From contig JBBDRO010000090.1 of assembly GCA_040905425.1 (NCBI GenBank), positions 1 through 19,054 of the forward strand: 19,054 nucleotides of DNA, given 5' to 3'. This stretch comes from Gemmatimonadota bacterium. GTDB taxonomy: Bacteria > Gemmatimonadota > Gemmatimonadetes > Longimicrobiales > RSA9. Under the pieces are notes generated by a model. It made no database searches. It saw only the letters and a list, made by a program, of their open reading frames with translations, and was not told the origin of the DNA. Both the position numbers and the translations under genes were made by a program. Below, piece after piece: positions 14,838 through 19,054 of the stretch (position 1 is the first letter of the stretch; every line of letters starts with the position of its first letter).

Positions 14838-16841
14838 CTAGCCGGGGTCGGTGTTGGCGTTGGCGTTGGCGCCTACTCTACCGACCCGAACCGACAGCCG
14901 CCAGCCGGCGGCCCCGTGCGCCAGGCTGACCATGCTCTCACGCTCGCCCGCCTCCACGAAGAGCCCCACGCCGAGGTCCACGAAGGTGCCGCTTTCGGCG
15001 GTGCCGAGCCGGGAGCGGGCATGAGCCGCGTCGGCGAAGAGGGATGCGCCCATCCGCGCGGGCCCAATCCGCCTGAAGATGCGATGCTCCGCGGTGGCGT
15101 GCAGTAGCGTCCGCCCGAAGGCCGGGCCCGCGATCGCGTCATCCTCGACCAGGTCGTGCGCCCGGAGGAGGTAGGCCCGTACATCCCCCGTGCCGGCGCC
15201 GGGCCAGACCATGGCGGGGGCGTCCGGGGACGCGGCGGTGCCGCCCGCGCGCAGGCGCCACTCGCGCTGCGTGCCCCGGGGGATGGTGGCGCCCGCTTCG
15301 AGGCCCGCCTTTGCGAACGTCCGTGCCGCACCGGTCCAGGCGTCCCCGCGGGCGTTGAGCCAGAATCGGTCAGCGTCGGTCACCCAGCGGGCGTCGAGGC
15401 CGGCGTTCAGCAGGCGCACCGATTCGTCCGTGGCGTCGGCGCTCCAGTCCGGCACCTGCCAGGCCTCGGCGGCCAGGCTCGCTCCCAGGCGCACGCGCGG
15501 ATGGATCCACTCCTGAAGCGTGAGGAAGCCGCGCCGGCGCTGCTGGGTCAGGACCGGCGCTGATGCCCCGCCTTCCGCGGCGGCCCGTGTGGCGAAGCGC
15601 TCGCTCCGCCACTCCACCCCCACGGTGGCCACACCCGGCAGCGGTGGTGCCGGCGTGGACACCGATCCGCCGAGAAAGCGCTGCGCCGACCGCCAGCTTG
15701 CGGCGGCGCGCCAGCGGTCGCCCGCCGCCATGACGGGGCCGAGCTCCAGGCTCATACGCTGGTTCACGAGGCCGCGGACGCCCTGCAGCGCCAACGCCCG
15801 GAGGCCCGGCATGCGGCCGCGCTCGAGCACGGCGGCCCGCACTTCTACGCTGCCGTCGGCCAGGGGCACGTAGTCGAGGCGGGATTGCTGTACGGCGGGG
15901 AGCTGCGCCAGACGGCGTTGGGCCAGCGCCAGGGCGGTGGGCGTGAGGATGGCGCCGTGCTCCAGGGCCATGCGGTCCGCTGCAACGTGGAAGCGCGTGG
16001 CCGCCAGGCCGTCGATGCGCACCAGGTCGATGGTGGGCTCGCCAAGCTCGTTCCATGCGGCGAGCGCGCGGTCCCGCTCTCCCTCGAGGAACCAACTGGT
16101 GGCCACGACGCGGCGCCCCAGTACGGCCTTACTGCCGCCCTCCTGTACCATGGCTCCGGCTGCCGCGCGCGCACCCTCTGTATCACCGCCGCGGAGGCGC
16201 GCCATGGCCAGGTCGAGTGCGGGGTTGGGGGCCGTTACGGGGCTGGCGGGGGCGGTCTGCGGGAGGTTCGGGGATGGCGCCGGGGTGGCGGCAGACGGCG
16301 CTGATGCGGTTGCGGAGGGGGCCAGGAACAGCGCCCAGTACCCGGACGCCTCCCACCTGCGGAGCAGTTCTGCCCGGTCCAGCTCACGCCGCGGCCCGAA
16401 ATTGGGATCGTGGATCCAGACCCGGTCCTCCTCCACGCCCACCAGGACCACGTAGTGGAGGCGGGTGGCCCCGGATTCGAGGAGCAGGATGGGCGGCACG
16501 CCGTCCGCCAGGGCGGCCAGGGCGCGCTCCGGCTCGCGGCTGGAGACGGCCACGGTGTAGCCCCGCTCCCGCATGGCGGACGCCAGCTCCGACGTGCGGA
16601 TCCCCCCTTCCGCCTCCCTGACCAGGTGGCCGAAGTCATGCCCATACACGCCCCGGGCGCCCCAGTACCGCTCCACCATGGCCGCCGCGGCGCCACCGCA
16701 CAGGAGCGGGCCCTGTGCCACGAAAGGCACCTCGAGAGATGCCCTCTCGAGGGTGTCACCCACGAACCCGCGGACCCCGGGAGGATCTGCCCCCCCGGGG
16801 CCCAGCAGGCCCGCAATGACCGCGAGGCCGGCCGCGATCAC
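14838..16841 (-). CDS. C39-like cysteine peptidase fused to a helical/TPR-like segment, POTRA-like domain and Omp85-like beta-barrel
   Basis: VPFVAQ...C48, LH129YVVLVG and IHD145P triad; Pro/Ala linker; POTRA-like residues ~269-341; C-terminal amphipathic strands with LRAH, AEHR and LFADAA. Confidence 0.75.
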   Translation of the reverse strand: MIAAGLAVIAGLLGPGGADPPGVRGFVGDTLERASLEVPFVAQGPLLCGGAAAAMVERYWGARGVYGHDFGHLVREAEGGIRTSELASAMRERGYTVAVSSREPERALAALADGVPPILLLESGATRLHYVVLVGVEEDRVWIHDPNFGPRRELDRAELLRRWEASGYWALFLAPSATASAPSAATPAPSPNLPQTAPASPVTAPNPALDLAMARLRGGDTEGARAAAGAMVQEGGSKAVLGRRVVATSWFLEGERDRALAAWNELGEPTIDLVRIDGLAATRFHVAADRMALEHGAILTPTALALAQRRLAQLPAVQQSRLDYVPLADGSVEVRAAVLERGRMPGLRALALQGVRGLVNQRMSLELGPVMAAGDRWRAAASWRSAQRFLGGSVSTPAPPLPGVATVGVEWRSERFATRAAAEGGASAPVLTQQRRRGFLTLQEWIHPRVRLGASLAAEAWQVPDWSADATDESVRLLNAGLDARWVTDADRFWLNARGDAWTGAARTFAKAGLEAGATIPRGTQREWRLRAGGTAASPDAPAMVWPGAGTGDVRAYLLRAHDLVEDDAIAGPAFGRTLLHATAEHRIFRRIGPARMGASLFADAAHARSRLGTAESGTFVDLGVGLFVEAGERESMVSLAHGAAGWRLSVRVGRVGANANANTDPG

Positions 16842-17218
16842 TTGATCAGAAGAATCAGTATCAGCAGTCCGATGATGATGGCCGTGGTCGAGATCACGAT
16901 GGTGCTGCCGCCCACCTGATCAGGATCCTCCCTGCCCTCCACACGGCGGGCCAGGTCAGCCACGGCGCCCGCCCCGAGCGTGCTCAGCGCTGTCCGTACC
17001 CGGTCCAGGTCCAGGCCGTGCGAGGCCGCGGCCTCACCCACGTCGGTGCGGTTCAGGAAATCCTCCACCACCTGCCGGTCCCGCTCGGCGGGCGCCGCCT
17101 CGGCGGCCATGGTCCGGAGTTCGCTGGTGGCGTCCTGCGTGGCGGTCTCCTGGGCGTGCAACTCCCCGGAAACGGAAAACAGAATGATCAGGGACAGAAC
17201 GGAAGTGAGTGTTCGCAT
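16838..17218 (-). CDS. PA2779-like secreted protein with Gly-Gly motif and hydrophobic C-terminal tail (126 aa)
   Basis: ATG 17218 with GAGGAG RBS; signal peptide ending LHA-Q; helical FLNRTDV...GLDLDRVRTALSTL core; QVGG then STIVISTTAIIIGLLILILLIK; GTGA overlap with the peptidase gene. Confidence 0.8.
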   Translation of the reverse strand: MRTLTSVLSLIILFSVSGELHAQETATQDATSELRTMAAEAAPAERDRQVVEDFLNRTDVGEAAASHGLDLDRVRTALSTLGAGAVADLARRVEGREDPDQVGGSTIVISTTAIIIGLLILILLIK

Positions 17219-17353
17219 GGTGCCGGGCTCCTCGCGTGGATAGGTCCTCAGTGTGAGGTTGTGGGGTGAGGACGTTCGCAATGGCCGTGCCCCACTGGTT
17301 CGGCTTAGCGTATATTCATTCCGACTCCTTCCCGACCCGACCCCGAGCGAGCC

Positions 17354-18391
17354 ATGAACCAGCGCACTCCAGCAGCAGAGCCGGACCGCGCTCCCGCGTG
17401 GTGTATGGGGTGCCTGCGCGCCGCAGCGAGGGGCGCGCTGCTGGCTGCGCTCGTTCCGGTCGGCGGGTGTGGCCCCGTCCTTTCCGGGAACGACCCGGCC
17501 CCCTTCACGCATGCCTCCCCCGCTCACGCCGCGCTGGAGATCGAGCAGGAGCGCACGATGGACGGCTACGTCGTGCGGGTCGTGAGCTTCGAGAGCCCCG
17601 TGGGCGGTCGCGTGCCGGCGTACCTCCATCGCCCGTCAGGTCCCCTCGCCGCGGGCGCCTCGCCCGCGCTACTCATGCAGCATGGCATGCCGGGCGACCC
17701 GGCGTCGCTGGAGGGGCTCGCGGCCGCGTACGCGCGCGCCGGTGTGTTCGTGCTCAGCATCTCGGCGCCGTTCAACCGCCCCGACAGCCTGTCCGACAGG
17801 GCGCCGGGCCTGCTGCCCGCGCCGCATTTCGACATGCACGACAGCACCCACGTGGTGCAGCTGGTGCACGAGCAGCGGCGCGCCCTGGACATGCTGCAGG
17901 CGCTGCCCGAGGTGGATCCCGAGCGGGTCGGCTTCGTGGGCTTCAGCTACGGCGGCTGGATCGGCGCGCTCCTGGCCAGCGTGGAGCCGCGCCTGGCGGC
18001 GGCGGTGCTCATGGCGCCCACGGGCGGGCTGGCGTCTCTGCTGCGCTCGCACTGGGACAATACCGGCTACCTGTTCGTCCTCGCGGGCCGTGCCCTGGAG
18101 GAGGAGCAGCGCGCCCGCTGGCTGCGCATGATGGAGCCGCTCGAAGCGGAGCGCTGGCTGGGCCGGGACCGGCGCACGCCGGTGCTCATCCAGGCCGGCC
18201 TCTACGACCGCACCGTCCTGCCACCCGAAGCACACCGCCTCTTTATCGGGGCGGCCCACCCGAAGAAGCTGCTGTGGTACGCGGCGGGGCACGATCTCGG
18301 CCGCACCGCGTTCCACGAGCAGGCCGCGTTCCTGGCCGACGCCATGGGTATCGATCTGGACCGGTTCAAGGCGCCCGCGTCACTCTTCTGA
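17354..18391 (+). CDS. Alpha/beta-hydrolase (dienelactone hydrolase/S9/acetylxylan esterase-like), probable lipoprotein
   Basis: VPAYL, HG, EVDPERVGFVGFSYGG nucleophile elbow, GLYD and AGHD; lipobox-like VGGC; start codon uncertain. Confidence 0.85.
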   Translation: MNQRTPAAEPDRAPAWCMGCLRAAARGALLAALVPVGGCGPVLSGNDPAPFTHASPAHAALEIEQERTMDGYVVRVVSFESPVGGRVPAYLHRPSGPLAAGASPALLMQHGMPGDPASLEGLAAAYARAGVFVLSISAPFNRPDSLSDRAPGLLPAPHFDMHDSTHVVQLVHEQRRALDMLQALPEVDPERVGFVGFSYGGWIGALLASVEPRLAAAVLMAPTGGLASLLRSHWDNTGYLFVLAGRALEEEQRARWLRMMEPLEAERWLGRDRRTPVLIQAGLYDRTVLPPEAHRLFIGAAHPKKLLWYAAGHDLGRTAFHEQAAFLADAMGIDLDRFKAPASLF

Positions 18392-18684
18392 CGGCGCAAC
18401 AGAGCGTCGCGCTCACACCAACAGCGCCCCCTCCAGCCGCAGCAGGGCCTCCTTCCTCCACAGTTCGCCGCCATAGCCCACGAGCTTGCCGTTCGCACCG
18501 ATGACCCGGTGGCACGGCACCACGATGGGCAGCGGATTGGCGCCGGTACACGTCTTGCCGCATCACCATGGATCTACACATACGTGTACCAGTGCCTCGC
18601 TCTTCCACTGGGCGGCCACTTGAATCTAGAGGCCGGAGCCCGCTGACTTGGCCAGCGTCCGGCCATAATGTTCTGCGGGGCAAC

Positions 18685-19054
18685 ATGGCAGGAACAGGCG
18701 CAATAATCGGGCTCCTCGGTCTCCGCCTAGCGGAATCGAGTTTGTACAAGGTGCGTTATCTTCAGGCCCTTCCATCCGCAGACCGGCCCGGTCATCACGT
18801 CATCGTTACAGACCTGCCCACAGCCGAGCACCTACCGGCGGTGCTGGGGTGGCTGGCAAGAGCTCGTGGTATACGACCCCATTTCGCATTCGGGTTGGTG
18901 CTGCCATACTTCGATGACGGATCGGTGATGCGGGCAGCGCTCAGCACGCCCGAGCCGCCGACGCTCGTTTTCCTCTGCGGAGAGGCCCCCCACGGGGTCC
19001 TGTCCGATACCGCGGTGGCCGCTCTCCTGACCCATGGAGTCATCGAGCTATTGG
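18685..19054 (+). CDS. Partial hypothetical protein running off the window
   Basis: ATG 18685 opens a stop-free frame to the window end (MAGTGAIIGLLGLR...HHVIVTDLP...LLTHGVIELL); absent from the ORF track because it has no stop; atypical codon use. Confidence 0.5.
   Translation, partial: MAGTGAIIGLLGLRLAESSLYKVRYLQALPSADRPGHHVIVTDLPTAEHLPAVLGWLARARGIRPHFAFGLVLPYFDDGSVMRAALSTPEPPTLVFLCGEAPHGVLSDTAVAALLTHGVIELL

Noticed and set aside
14853..14871. (TTGGCG)x3 microsatellite encoding ANANAN
   Set aside because: Three in-frame units at the extreme C-terminus; too short to imply phase variation
17219..17629. 263-aa version of the PA2779-like ORF
   Set aside because: The extension overlaps the divergent hydrolase; ATG 17218 has an RBS and begins a signal peptide
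7611..18504. Many long overlapping Arg/Pro/Gly-rich ORFs (e.g. 8398..9594 -, 10688..11791 -, 13640..14662 +, 17266..18504 +)
   Set aside because: Shadow frames expected in high-GC DNA, opposite or overlapping well-supported genes
1..19054. CRISPR array, tRNA or rRNA genes
   Set aside because: No regularly spaced repeats or recognisable structural RNA genes seen

Overview
High-GC bacterial chromosomal window. The lipoprotein and hypothetical-protein repertoire suggests Gemmatimonadota, which is an inference only. Positions ~1-7.6 kb form an accessory toxin-antitoxin/defence island. It holds two different MNT-HEPN pairs, a Phd/YefM-VapC pair, a DUF433-DUF5615 (PIN-like) pair and an AAA_14/DUF4143-type ATPase. 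It also carries scars of turnover: a 91-bp direct repeat, an internally deleted second ATPase copy, an IS200/IS605-like end and a truncated Uma2-like tail. Positions 7.7-11.7 kb are an acuB-like (CBS+ACT), acuC-like (HDAC family), GNAT, S41 protease operon. Small membrane/stress genes and a group II PLP decarboxylase follow. The most striking locus is 14838-17218 on the minus strand. A secreted PA2779-like protein ending in Gly-Gly plus a 22-aa hydrophobic tail is translationally coupled to a 667-aa protein. That protein appears to fuse a C39-like cysteine peptidase, a short helical/TPR-like segment, a POTRA-like domain and an Omp85-like beta-barrel, a candidate self-contained outer-membrane processing/export system. 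An alpha/beta hydrolase and a partial ORF end the window. All family calls come from motif recognition by eye; no searches were run.
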